Assembly: GCA_963737905.1 (NCBI GenBank)
Contig: CAVTUQ010000001.1
Span: 32,001-96,000, forward strand
Direction: 5' to 3'
DNA: 64,000 bases
From: an uncultured delta proteobacterium
GTDB lineage: Bacteria > Desulfobacterota > Binatia > UBA9968
Part shown: positions 30,967 through 42,656 of the stretch, piece by piece
Position numbering within the stretch: the stretch's first letter is position 1
Layout: the number at the start of each line of letters is the position of its first letter
Notes under the pieces: generated by a model
The model's input: only the letters and a program-made list of their open reading frames with translations
Databases searched by the model: none
Told to the model about the DNA's origin: nothing
Made by a program: the position numbers and the translations under genes

Positions 30967-31954
30967 CGCAATCGAATGACAAGAGCAGAGGACTTTGAAT
31001 TCTCTGTGCGGCGCATTCGTTCAGAACACATAGCTGGGAAAGTAATTACTGTCAGAGAGAGAGCCGCGAACACACGAAGGAAAGGTTTGCTGACCTTTCG
31101 TGTTCGTGGCGGCTGTGCTTTGTGGGTCTATCGGCGATATACTGACTAGGTATATTGGAAGCAAGATGACAACAGTTCAAAACGCCGGTTGGCTCCTCGA
31201 TCAGCTTGAAGACCCGTTTACGATGTTTCCCGTCGAGAGCGTTGCAGACACTCTCTTCGAAGCCGTTGATGAGGCCGAGAGGGGGAAGTGGGAGCGCATA
31301 GGACCCTGGGAAGGCAGCGTGGCGAGGAAGTACTGGTCGGTTGAGCAAGAACACTGCCACGAAGTGATGGGGCTTCTCGTTGGTGCAATATTCGTGCTTG
31401 GGCAGGCTGCCATCACGCAAACGGTTTCCATATTAACCGAGTTGAGAAGGCACCCGGAGGCGCGGAACGTGATTCCCAAGAAGAAAGCGAGCAAGCTGAT
31501 CGCACATGCCGCGACAGAGGACAACACAAACCTCAGCAAGATCGTCATCGTCGACGCGGTAAGCAATTATTTCAAGCATGTCTACGAATGGCCCGAACAG
31601 TGGAGCAATGTTCGGACGAAGGACTCCGGGGCAGAGACGATTAACATCGTGCTCCAACTTGGGATGGAACCAGGACAAATGACGGACAACTTGCTTCTTG
31701 CCGCCGACCGGCTGGGGTTATGTCAGAGTAATCCACGGGCACTCGCCAGAAGCATTCAAGAATGGCGAGAGGGTTGGGCGAGGGCGCTCTACGCTTCATT
31801 CGGATTGCCGGACCCGAACTTACGCGGTGTCTGATAATCACTGGTCAGACGGATTCGACTCCTCTGGACTATTACCCCCCACCTCAAAGCGACAGAGCGA
31901 GGACGGAACCACTCGCAATCGAATGACAAGAGCAGAGGACTTTCAATTCTCTGT
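30967..31954. repeat. 41-bp direct repeat pair (30967-31007, 31914-31954), 1 mismatch
   Basis: CGCAATCGAATGACAAGAGCAGAGGACTTT(G/C)AATTCTCTGT. Confidence 0.9.
31166..31834 (+). CDS. hypothetical protein between direct repeats
   Basis: long ORF, ..NYFKH..EW motif; no family recognised. Confidence 0.7.
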   Translation: MTTVQNAGWLLDQLEDPFTMFPVESVADTLFEAVDEAERGKWERIGPWEGSVARKYWSVEQEHCHEVMGLLVGAIFVLGQAAITQTVSILTELRRHPEARNVIPKKKASKLIAHAATEDNTNLSKIVIVDAVSNYFKHVYEWPEQWSNVRTKDSGAETINIVLQLGMEPGQMTDNLLLAADRLGLCQSNPRALARSIQEWREGWARALYASFGLPDPNLRGV

Positions 31955-32151
31955 TCCGCTCTAAGGACAAGAAAACACAAATGTTTTTTTTGACTTTGTA
32001 GTTGCTTTGAAAGAGAGCGGAGTAAAAAAGGTCGAATCATGCCGCGATTCAGACACGAATCCGCTATGATGCAATTACGTCACTGTCTCTGCTATCATCT
32101 GACCTAAGAACGTCGTGGGATTCCAATCCTAGGAAAAAACAGGCGCTCATT

Positions 32152-32595
32152 ATGGCGGGCATTAAAGGTAGATCGGGACCACCGGGAAATCAGAACAACT
32201 TCAAGCACGGGCTATCTGCAATTGAGAAACGACGCGAGTCAGGCTTGATCACCGCACACGAGGACGGCATTCGGACGGAAATCCTGGCTGGGCTGATTCA
32301 GGATAAAGGCGGAGAGGTACAGATAAGCACCAGCATGCGGGTGTTGGCCGAGATAATCGCCAGCGATGTTTCTCTGTTGGTCAGCTTCAACCGCGCCATC
32401 GAGGCCGTCATCCGAAACAACGCGAAGGCGAGAGAGAATCCCAAGGCGCTGGCACAGCTGGACGGGTACAAGCGCCCGTTGGTGGGCTCCCTGTCGGCGA
32501 ACCTCCAGCGGTTTGGCATGGACAGGGTGGCCAAGGTCGAGACGCTGGAAGAAATCTTCAGCGAGGACGATGAAACCGGCGAGAATCCCACATAG
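32152..32595 (+). CDS. terminase-small-subunit-like protein, copy 1 (intact)
   Basis: MAGIKGRSGPPGNQNNFKHGL motif; paralogues at 50846 and 62813. Confidence 0.6.
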   Translation: MAGIKGRSGPPGNQNNFKHGLSAIEKRRESGLITAHEDGIRTEILAGLIQDKGGEVQISTSMRVLAEIIASDVSLLVSFNRAIEAVIRNNAKARENPKALAQLDGYKRPLVGSLSANLQRFGMDRVAKVETLEEIFSEDDETGENPT

Positions 32596-33596
32596 GATTG
32601 TCCAGAAACGATGAACCAAGCCGGGCTGAAGTCCTGACTGTGCTATTGGATTGTTGTAGCTCTCTTGATCTGGGAAGCCGGACCGTCGGAACCGGAAACC
32701 ACCAATTACCCAGTGCCGACGCCCGGCCCAGAGGACAATCACCCGTTCTTTCCGAATTCCCGCCACGCCGTAGAACGGCTCTTTGTCCGAATGTCTTTAG
32801 CACCGGCAGCGGTCCCAATCCCAGGCCCATCTGTCCTCCTGAGTTTTGATGGTGGGACCACTATTCAGTCCAGATAGATATTTCAACTTCTCTCTGAGTG
32901 TCTCGCCGCATGATCTCAATCTTTCGGTAGTCAGCGGCGGATAACTTTGTTTACACCATCATATCCCCAAGTAGACGTTGGCTTCCAAAAATAAGTTAAC
33001 TTTACGAAAAGGAGCCTTAATTTTCTGCGAATTAGTCGATCCGTACCATCAATCACGTTTGGCATCGGGATTGCCTTGTGTAGTTCGCAGTACACATCTA
33101 CCACGCAAGGGAGGTCAGGTCCTACAGGCAATGGAGGTGACTTATGGTCCACAAGATGATCGTCTCCGCAATCATTGCTGGACTTCTCGGTGGATATATT
33201 GCGCTGCTATACGCGTTTTTCCAGACTGTGGCTCTTATTGATCATTCCTATTTCATGAGTTCCGCAATGTAGTGGCAATAAGACTGGACCAAAGTACATC
33301 CTTCTCGGAAGCCTTTTCGGATCGAAAGGATGCGGCTAACGGGCGTACATCCTGACACGGCGGGCGGAGCCAGTCGCGGCATTGACACGCGCAAACTTCC
33401 GCCGGACCGCTGTACGGAATTTGGAAGGGCCGGGTTCCGAGCCTGCCGCCATGACCACGGTTGGTCACCTGACGATGAGCATTTTATTCGCGGCTACATG
33501 AGTTCGACCAGGCTCAGACAACGGGCACAGTAGATGACGAAAATGGAAATCAGCCGAGAGCACAGAGCTTACAACATTCCTAAAGAGAGAGGAATG

Positions 33597-33641
33597 TGGC
33601 CGGGACAGAATCGAACTGCAACACGAGGATTTTCAGTCCTC
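33597..33641 (-). repeat. tRNA-Phe(GAA) 3'-half remnant / att-like site, copy 2
   Basis: near-identical to 26355-26401, followed by the same leader. Confidence 0.85.
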
Positions 33642-33818
33642 TTACTGTACCGAGACTATGTGTCACCATCGGTCACTATCGGTATCTATTCTAGCGTTTA
33701 GCGGCGGTGCGCTGACTTTCATTTTACCGATTCGAACACATAGTGGCATATAGTTCTGGCAAAGTTGTGGCAAAGTCAATCAAACCCGTTCGCCCCAAGT
33801 TGTCTCAACCCCAGCCGA

Positions 33819-33865
33819 GTGGGCCGCCGAGACTCGTACTCCGGACCCGCTGATTAAGAGTCAAG
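33819..33865 (-). repeat. tRNA-Lys(CTT) 3'-half remnant
   Basis: minus strand TGA-CTCTTAA-TCAGC GGGTC CGGAG TACGAGT CTCGGCGGCCCA. Confidence 0.75.
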
Positions 33866-34009
33866 TCCAGAACGGACCACCACGAAATATTGACAAGCAG
33901 GGCCAACTATTCGAAGTCCGCTTTCCTTTTTTTCCGACAATGGAAGGTCTATGTTCCGCCCAGGTTCAGGCACAAAACAAGCACAGCCGTGCGTGACGTG
34001 TGAGGAGAA

Positions 34010-35005
34010 ATGAATAAGCGGAAACTCGGTAGCTTTGCTCTATACGCCATGCTCATTGCTCTTGGCTTCCCAGCCGAGGCGCAGCAGCCGAAAAAAATCC
34101 CTCGGGTAGGCTTTCTATTATCGCCCTCCTCATCCGCTGACCCGGAGCGCACCGAAGCATTCCGCCAGGGTCTGCGCCAGCTTGGCTACGTGGAGGGTCA
34201 GAATGTCATCGTGGAATACCGCGATATGCGGGAGGCAAGGTCCACTGAGTATCCCAAGCTAGCTGCTGAGTTGGTCCGCGGTCTCAAGGCGGACCTCATC
34301 GTCGTAGGGGGCGGTACTGGTTTGGCTCGTGTGGCGAAGGAAACGACCAAGACTATTCCCGTCATTATGACAGGCGGTAGCGATCCGGTTGCCGCTGGGC
34401 TTGTTGCCAGCCTAGCGCGGCCAGGGGGAAACATCACAGGGCTAACCGGTATTACCGCAGAGTTAGCGGGCAAACGGCTGGAACTGTTAAAGGAGACCTT
34501 GCCCAGGCTCACCCGCGTCAGCGTGTTCTGGAATCCAGCGGACCAAAGTTCCGACCAGGGCTTTAAAGAGATAGAAATCGCCGCTCCGACATTGGGGTTG
34601 GCGGTTCAATCGCTTCAGGTGCGGAACCCCAGCAATTTCGAGAGTGCATTCAAAGCAGCCATTGCGGGACAAGCTCGCGCTCTCCAAGTTCTGCCGAGTG
34701 GCCTCGTCAATAGTCAGCGGACCCGCATCGTAGAGTTTGCGACAAAGAGCCGATTGCCAACGATGTTCGCGGATGCTTCGCAAGTCGAAGCAGGTGGGCT
34801 TATGTCGTACGGGCCGAACGCTCCTGACTTATATCGCCGCGCGGCTACCTATGTTGACAAGATCCTCAAGGGCGCCAAACCCGCCGATCTCCCGGTGGAA
34901 CAGCCGAAGAAGTTCGAGTTCATCATCAATCTGAAAGCCGCAAAGCAAATCGGTCTGACGATTCCGCCGAATGTGCTGGCGAGAGCCGATAAGGTGATCA
35001 GATGA
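34010..35005 (+). CDS. ABC_sub_bind-type substrate-binding protein
   Basis: AFRQGLRQLGYVEGQN, DPVAAGLVASLARPGGNITG, GAKPADLPVEQP. Confidence 0.92.
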   Translation: MNKRKLGSFALYAMLIALGFPAEAQQPKKIPRVGFLLSPSSSADPERTEAFRQGLRQLGYVEGQNVIVEYRDMREARSTEYPKLAAELVRGLKADLIVVGGGTGLARVAKETTKTIPVIMTGGSDPVAAGLVASLARPGGNITGLTGITAELAGKRLELLKETLPRLTRVSVFWNPADQSSDQGFKEIEIAAPTLGLAVQSLQVRNPSNFESAFKAAIAGQARALQVLPSGLVNSQRTRIVEFATKSRLPTMFADASQVEAGGLMSYGPNAPDLYRRAATYVDKILKGAKPADLPVEQPKKFEFIINLKAAKQIGLTIPPNVLARADKVIR

Positions 35006-35282
35006 GTCGAGAGACATGCATGAGGGCAACGGAGGCTGGCCCACGGAGGACGACCGGACATCGAATTGAGAATGCACCGCTGACTGAACAGAAGTTCCCA
35101 TTGACCCCTGCTCGCGATATACGATGGCGAGACAAACACTTTATTGCCAGTTAAGAGGTCCAACGGAAAAACAACGAGGGAAAATACTCTTGGTCCGAGG
35201 CGCGCTAGGAAAGATGTGCCTCGAATGAGACCAGAGGGTGGCATCCATTAACGTCGAGGGTGATGCTTGGGTGTTACCGAGG

Positions 35283-36140
35283 CTATTCGCTCGCCACCTC
35301 CTTAAACCGACGCAAGGTTTCGATCTGATCATCGAACCTGGGGATGCGATACATAGGATAGAGCATCACTATGTCGGCGCCGAGACGCCGCCAGCCGTCT
35401 GCTCCAGTTGCCCAGTGTTGCGGCTCAGCATCGTGCATGCGCAACCAACCCTCGATGCCAAACTTTGCTGGGTCGCGCCCGAACGACCTGAGCTGTTCAC
35501 GCAGTGCCCCGAGTTTTTCCTCAGCCTGCGCATCAGGTTCGATGATCGGCATCCAGCCGTCTCCGAGCCGGGCGGCTCGTGTCACCGCAGCGTCTGACAC
35601 CCCGCCAAACCAGATCGGGATTGGCCGCTGCACCGGTGGCGGCACAATACTAACCTCATTCAAGTTGTGGAATCGACCGCTGAAGCTCACAAGGTCTTCC
35701 GACCACAGGCGGCGTAGGACCTCGACCTGCTCGGCTTGCCGCGCCCCCCGCGTCTTCCAGTCCATACCGAGCGACTCGTATTCGACGTGGTTCCATCCCA
35801 CCCCGATGCCGAGCCTCAAGCGCCCACCGCTCAGCAGATCGGCTTCGGCCGCCTGTTTGGCAATGACGCCGGTCTGGCGCTGCGGCGCGATTAGCACGCC
35901 GCTCGACAGGCGAATCCTCGTAGTGACCGCTGCGAGGAAACCGAGCGTTACGAATGTTTCGTGGAAGGGGTCTTTCTCATTGTAGCGTGGCGTCCATCCA
36001 TCGCGTGCCGTCGCGCCGAAGACGTGGTCCGGAACTTCTATGTACGCATAGCCCAAACCTTCCGCTGCCTGCGCCCAGTCGCGGATCTTTGCGGGATCGG
36101 TACCGATATCTCGGGTCGGAAAAAACGCATTGAGTCGCAT
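35283..36140 (-). CDS. LLM class (F420-dependent type) oxidoreductase
   Basis: VPDHV, DLLSGGRLRLGIGVGWN..EY, PVQRPIPIWFGG. Confidence 0.9.
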   Translation of the reverse strand: MRLNAFFPTRDIGTDPAKIRDWAQAAEGLGYAYIEVPDHVFGATARDGWTPRYNEKDPFHETFVTLGFLAAVTTRIRLSSGVLIAPQRQTGVIAKQAAEADLLSGGRLRLGIGVGWNHVEYESLGMDWKTRGARQAEQVEVLRRLWSEDLVSFSGRFHNLNEVSIVPPPVQRPIPIWFGGVSDAAVTRAARLGDGWMPIIEPDAQAEEKLGALREQLRSFGRDPAKFGIEGWLRMHDAEPQHWATGADGWRRLGADIVMLYPMYRIPRFDDQIETLRRFKEVASE

Positions 36141-36363
36141 AGTGCCCTCCGAGTCAGAATCCACTGTTTGTCCACCCATGAATGCTGCCATGACGGCAGC
36201 CACACAGCAACACAAAGTCTCGTTCAGGTGGAGCAGCGAGAACGATGCCTGCCGCTGCGCGCCACGCGCTTAGGACGCCAACCTTCAAACGGCTAACTTT
36301 AAAAGCGGACTGGCCCGTATCCTCATCTTTGGGGCAGACAGTATCCGACAAGGTGGCGTTATG

Positions 36364-39300
36364 TCAGATTGGAAGCGATGATCTCTCAGGTAAGGTAAAA
36401 CTGAAGGTAGAGCCCTTGCCCACTTCACTCTCTACCCAGATCTTACCCCCGTGCAGTTCGACAAACTTCTTGGCCAGCGTTAATCCAAGTCCGGTCCCCT
36501 CGACCTTATGTGCATAGTCGGAGCCCACCTGGCGAAATTCCTCGAATATCTTCGGCTGATCCTCGGGGGCGATCCCGATGCCGGTGTCACTGACCGAAAT
36601 CTCTACCGAACCATCCGCCTGCCTGGCGTTAATTCCAATCCGTCCTCCCTCCGGGGTGAACTTCACCGCATTCGACAGTAAGTTAAGAAGAACCTGTTTG
36701 ATCTTCCTCTCGTCACCCACGAAGTCTCCAAGACGCTCGTCAACTGTAACGTCGAGATTGATGCCGTGCTTTGTAGCCCGCTCGCGTACAAAGGTACGCG
36801 CATTGTCGATTGCCAAGGGGAGATCAAACTCAGCCAGCTCCAGCTCCATTCGGCCAGCCTCCACCTTGGAAAGATCGAGAATCTCATTGATGAGGGATAA
36901 GAGATGGCGGCCAGAGGAAAGAATATCGTCGGTGTACTCCGCTTGTTTCTCGTTCAGCTCGCCGAACAACCTCTCTCCCAGGACTTCAGAGAAGCCGATG
37001 ATGGCATTGAGCGGGGTGCGTAGCTCGTGGGACATGTTGGCGAGGAATTCCGATTTATGCCGGTTGGCAGCCTCAATCTGTTTACTCTTATCCTCGATCT
37101 CACGAAACAGCCGCGCGTTCTGGATCGCCAACACGGACTGGGTCGCAAAGGTCTGAAGCAGATTGATCACTTCCGGTGAGAAACTTCCCGTCCTGCGGCG
37201 ATAGATGGTCAGCCCTCCCATGATCCGATCCTCGCGCAGCAGCGGCACCGCAAGAAGCGAACGATAACCCAGCCGACCAAGCATGGGGCGGAACCGTGCG
37301 GTTGCATACTGCCGCTCATCAAGGACATCGGTGACTTGGACTGGCTCGCGACTGACTGCCGATTGGCCAACCGCGCCCCCGCCCAGTTGGATCGGGCTCG
37401 CTCGAAGCGCGTCTACCAACTCCTTTTCGATCTGATGACTGCCTCTCAGTTGAAACTCCTGCGTGGCCTCATCGTATTCATAAATCGCTCCACCGTCGGC
37501 ACCGCTCAGCTGGACCGCGTGCGAGGCAATGCGGGTCAAGACAGTTTCCAAGTCCAAAGTCGAGCTAACCGCCTGGCCGACTTCTCCTAACGCTTTGAGT
37601 TCTTCTACAGACCGCACCAATTCGCGGGTTCGCGCCTGCAATTCCTGGAACAGCCGCACGTTCTCAATAGCAATCACGGCCTGGTCGGCGAAGATCTTCA
37701 GAAGGTTAATTTGCTTGTCGGCGAATGGACGGACCTCGGCACGGCGGATCAAAATCGCGCCAATTGCAGCTCCTTCCCGCATTAAAGGCGTCACCAATGC
37801 GGTTCTGGTACCCGTTTGCGCCTGAATACTGGATGGATACTCGGTTCCCGCCGCGACGGCCATATCTTCAACGTGAATCGTCCGTCTATCGAGGATCGCC
37901 CGCCCGGCGATTCTATTCCGTTCTACAGGCAATTCTTCCCCTAAAAATACACCGTCGGGGATGGATGGCCCACATACCGCAGCGCGCCGCATGATCGTGC
38001 CGTCTACGCGGTAAACGATCGCGCTCGGCGCGTCGCATAGTCGCGCGGCGCTCTCCGCGATAGCATCGAGCACTGGCTGAATATCCGTGGGTGAACTAGC
38101 GATGACGCCCAGGATTTCACTCGTTGCCGTTTGCTGCTCCAGCGATTCCTTGAGTTCTTGGAACAACCGGACGTTCTCGATCGCTATCACCGCCTGATCG
38201 GCGAAGGTTTCGAGAAGCTTGATCTGCGCCGGGGTGAAGGGGCGAACGTCAACTCGACGCGCACCGAGGGTTCCAATGAGTTCCCCCTGTTGGCGAAGGG
38301 GAATAGACAAGTGGGTCCGCCATCCTACCTCGGAACTCACCAACGGGAATTCATTCTGTGCGAGGACATCGGGAATGTGGAGCGCGCCGTGCTCGCGCAT
38401 CCAGCGAAACCGTGGTGCATCGCTACTGACCTCGACAGTGGGAACGGGGATGGGACCAATGTGAGCCCGCGAAATCATCCTGTTCCCCTCCTGGAGCCGC
38501 AGCGACACATCATCAATCCCACAAACCCGCGCCGCGCTCTCGACAATGGCATCGAGCACCGGCTGCACGTCCGTGGGCGACCGGCTGATGATACCGAGCA
38601 CCTCGGCAGTCGCCGTCTGATGCTCCAGCGCCTCGCGTAGTTCCGCATTGCGCTCGCCGAGTTCCTTGAACAAGCGCACGTTCTCGATGGCGATCACCGC
38701 TTGGTCGGCGAAGGTTTCGAGAAGCTTAATTTGTTTGTCCGAAAAGGGGCGAACTTCGGTTCGGCGAATCAGGATAGCTCCGATTGCGGCCCCCTCCCGA
38801 AGCAAAGGTACAGCCAGGACGGTACGAATACCCAGAGGTTGGGAGAAAGCCCAGCCTTCGGGAAATTCAGCCTGAGCCTCTGGAGTCAAAATATCAACAA
38901 CGTGTACAACCTCCCGGTCCATCATAGCCCTGCCTGGAGGTAGACCCCGGATGAGAGGTCTAGTTACGTCGCGTTGGGCAATAGCCATGGTTCCGTGCGA
39001 GGCCACAAGCCGATAGCCGCTGCCGTCAACACGATAAATGTTGGCATCGGCTGCATCACACAGCCGGGCGGCATTCTCCGCGACCACGTCCAGTACCGGT
39101 TGAATATCCGTCGGCGAACTGGCGATGACACCTAAGATTTCACTTGTGGCGGTCTGCTGCTCCAGCGACTCGGTGAGCTGGCGGTTGCGATCCTGTAATT
39201 CCTGTAATAGCCGGACGTTCTCGATCGCGATGACGGCTTGGTCGGCGAAGGTACTAACAAGCTCGATTTGTTTTTCAGTAAACGCCTCAACCTCGCGCCT

Positions 39301-42300
39301 GCTGAGAAAAAACACCCCGGCGAGGATATCTTCTCTTAGCATAGGCACGCCGAGCATTGTGCGGAAGCCGCCGATTCTCTGATGATCACGCAACTGATAG
39401 TCCGGGTCAGCTAGCGCGTCGAGGATATGAACTGGTCGGCGCTCGATCTCGACCCGGCCCACGAGCGAAGCTCGCCCACGCGGGATGGGGTTCTGTTGAA
39501 CGAACTCTCCGAACTCAGCGGGAACTCCGAAGTCCGCCGCCCACCTATGGACCTCGCCGTCAAATCTCAAGATAAACCCTGTGTCGGCACGACAGAGCCT
39601 GGCGGCATTTTCGACGAGCGTCGTGAGTACCGGCTGCAGGTCGAACGCGGAGCGGCTAATTACCTTCAGAACTTCGCTGGTCGCGGTCTGCTGGTCCAGA
39701 GCCTCGGTCAGGTCACGGTTTCTTACCTGCAATTCCCTAAACAGCCGCACGTTCTCGATGGCGATCACGGCCTGGTCTGCGAAGGTCTTTAGCAAGGCTA
39801 TCTGCTTATCTGAAAATGGGCGCACTTCCGTTCGACGGATGACAATAGACCCGATCGCTATACCCTCTCGCAGCAGTGGCGTGGCAAGAACAGATCTACC
39901 TCCCGAAATTTGAAAAAGGTTGCGAGCGTCCGGAAACTCAGTTTCGATCACCGCAGCCATGTCATGAACATGAACAGTCTTCTGGTCAATGACAGCCCGG
40001 CCCCCTGGAAAACCGCGACTGGTTTTTCTGGAATCTGCTGCTGCAATCGGTCCAAACTTCGCAGCGGTCCGAAGGTTATCGCCATCGACGCGAAGGATCA
40101 GAGCGTCATTCGCCTCACACAGCCGCGCGGCATTTTCTGCAACCACATCCAACACGGGCTGGATGTCGGTCGGGGAGCTAGCGATCACGCCAAGAATCTC
40201 GCTTGTGGCAGTTTGCTGCTCCAACGACTCCTTGAGTTCTTGAAACAACCGCACGTTCTCGATGGCGATCACGGCCTCGTCGGCAAAGGTCTCAAGGAGC
40301 TTGATCTGCGCCGGAGTAAAGGCGCGCGCCTCGATGCGGCGTGCGTTCATCGTTCCAATGAGTTCCCCTTGCTGACGAAAGGGAACGATTAAGAGAGTTC
40401 GCCGACCGACAACGGAACCCAACAATGGAAAATCATTCTGAGCACGGACATCCGGAATATGGAGTGTGCCATGCTCGCGCATCCAGCGGTACTGCGGCTC
40501 TTCAATACTGATCTCGCCGCGACTAACGGGTATGGGACCAAAATGAGCCCGCGAAACCAAAACGTTCCGCTCGCGCAGCCGCAGCACCACGTCATCAATC
40601 CCACAAACCTTTGCCGCGCTCTCGACGATGGCGTCAAGGACGGGCTGCACATCCGTCGGCGAACGGCTGATGATGCCCAGCACCTCGGATGTCGCTGTCT
40701 GATGCTCCAGCGCTTCACGCAATTCAGCATTGCGTTCCTGAATCTCTTTGAACAACCGCACGTTCTCGATGGCGATCACTGCTTGAGAAGCGAAGGTCTC
40801 AAGCAATTTTATTTGCCGCTCGCTGAACGGCCGGACTTCTTTGCGGCGGATATAGAGCGCGCCGATCGACACGCCTTCGCGTAGCAATGGCGCCACCAGC
40901 GCTGTGCGAACTCCCATGGCGACTCCGCGGGTCTGAGCGTCGGGAAAATTGGATTCGGCCGCTGCGAGGTCATGTACATGGATAGTTTCCCGGTCGAGAA
41001 TAGCTCGACCCACCGGCCCTCCACGCCTAAGCGAGTCGGAAGTTTGTTCGCGGACGGGCATTGAGCCATAACTCGCGACTCTTTCATGAGAATCCCCGTT
41101 GACCCGGAAGATCAGGGCATCGCTCGCGTCGCAGAGCTTCGCGGCATGCTCCGCCACCGTATCCAACACCGGTTGCACGTCGGTTGGCGAACTGGCGATC
41201 ACTCCCAAGATTTCACTCGTCGCTGTCTGCTGTTCCAATGCCTCCTTGAGTTCTTGGAATAACCGAACATTCTCAATCGCGATGACCGCTTGGGCGGCAA
41301 AACTCTCGACCAATCTGATCTGCTGTTCGGTAAAGGGCTGGACTTTGAGCCGGCGAATGTGGATGAGTCCGAGCGGTTTGCCGTCATGCACCAAAGGAAC
41401 CGCCAGCGCAGTGCGAACCCCAAGGGCTATCCCTCGCTCCTTAGCACCGGGGAAATCCACTTCGGCTTCCATGAGGTCGTGAACATGAAATGTACGACCC
41501 TCTTTTACCGCTCGTCCGGCAAATCCGCCGTGCTCAATGGGAGCCTGCGTTCCAACCTCGTTTATCAGACGAATGGAACCAAAATGTGCCACGGTCTCTA
41601 AAAAAGGCCCTTCGACGCGCCGGATCACCGCATCGTCAGCGCCGCAAAGGCGGGCGGCATATTCTGCGATTGTGTCTAGGACGGGCTGTATATCCGTTGG
41701 GGAGCTGGCGATTACGCCCAAGATTTCGCTCGTCGCCGTTTGTTGCTCCAGCGAGTCTTTGAGTTCTTGGAATAACCGAACATTTTCAAGCGCGATCACC
41801 GCCTGGTCGGCGAAAGTTTCAAGAAGCTTGATCTGCGCCGGTGTGAAGGGGCGCACCTCGGTTCGACGCGCACTCAGCGATCCAATGAATTGCTCTTGCA
41901 GACGAAGAGGAGTGACCAAGGAAGTGCGAAACCGGTACCTGACGGCACCCAGCATTGGAAAATCGTTCTGCGCGGCTCGGGCGTCAGGAACATGAAGGGT
42001 GCCATGCTCGTGCACCCAACGAAACTCTGGCGCGTCAATACTGATCTCCGCTAGGCGCATAGCCATGGGACCAAAATGAGCTCGTGCAACCATTAGAGTT
42101 CCCCTCGCGGAGTCGCAGCACCACATCATCAATTCCACAAACACGGGCCGCGCTTTCGACGATCGCGTCGAGCACCGGCTGCACGTCCGTGGGCGAGCGG
42201 CTGATGATGCCGAGCACCTCGGCGGTCGCCGTCTGGTGCTCCAGGGCCTCGCGCAGCTCTGTGGCAGTCGCCGCCTGGTGCTCCAATGCGTCGGCGAGCT

Positions 42301-42475
42301 GCTGGTCACGCTCCTGCAATTTTTTAAGAGCTGTGTTCTCCCGCTGCAAAGATTCGGTGAGTTGCTGGCGTAGCTCCGCAATCGTCTGCCCTCGTTTAGC
42401 CAGAGTCGTTTTCACCACCGCACGATGTGGTTTTGCCTTGGTATTCTTAGGGCCTTTTTTGGTCGGCGTTACCAT
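36364..42475 (-). CDS. giant histidine kinase with 10 GAF domains + HisKA/HATPase (frameshift near 42100)
   Basis: 10 [11 protein letters not shown]-type repeats, [29 protein letters not shown]; N-terminus in ORF 42035-42475. Confidence 0.92.
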
Positions 42476-42580
42476 AAATGCAAAAAGACCGAAGCCAGGT
42501 TGGTTGGTCGGGGAAATTATACTTATGACAGGAGCGGGTTACCCCGTCGCAACAGGTAGATCCCCCGGCGACTGGAGTTG

Positions 42581-42616
42581 ATTCTTACTTCAGGTGGTTG
42601 GTGGCGTCAAGGAAAG
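42581..42616 (-). promoter_or_regulatory. putative sigma70 promoter of kinase 1
   Basis: TTGACG-N17-TAAGAAT; CTTTCCTTGACGCCACC conserved upstream of kinase 2 (61581-61597). Confidence 0.55.
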
Positions 42617-42656
42617 ACGGTCTTGACGCACTCATTTGAAACGCGCTGTGGCCCGG

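Noticed and set aside
30967-31954. CRISPR array from the 41-bp repeats
   Set aside because: Only two units, 947 bp apart, and no cas genes.
32600-33300. Possible degraded DUF4258-like toxin after TerS-like copy 1
   Set aside because: Only short motifs (HAVER; QRNIS on the other strand) broken by stops; cannot be supported by eye.
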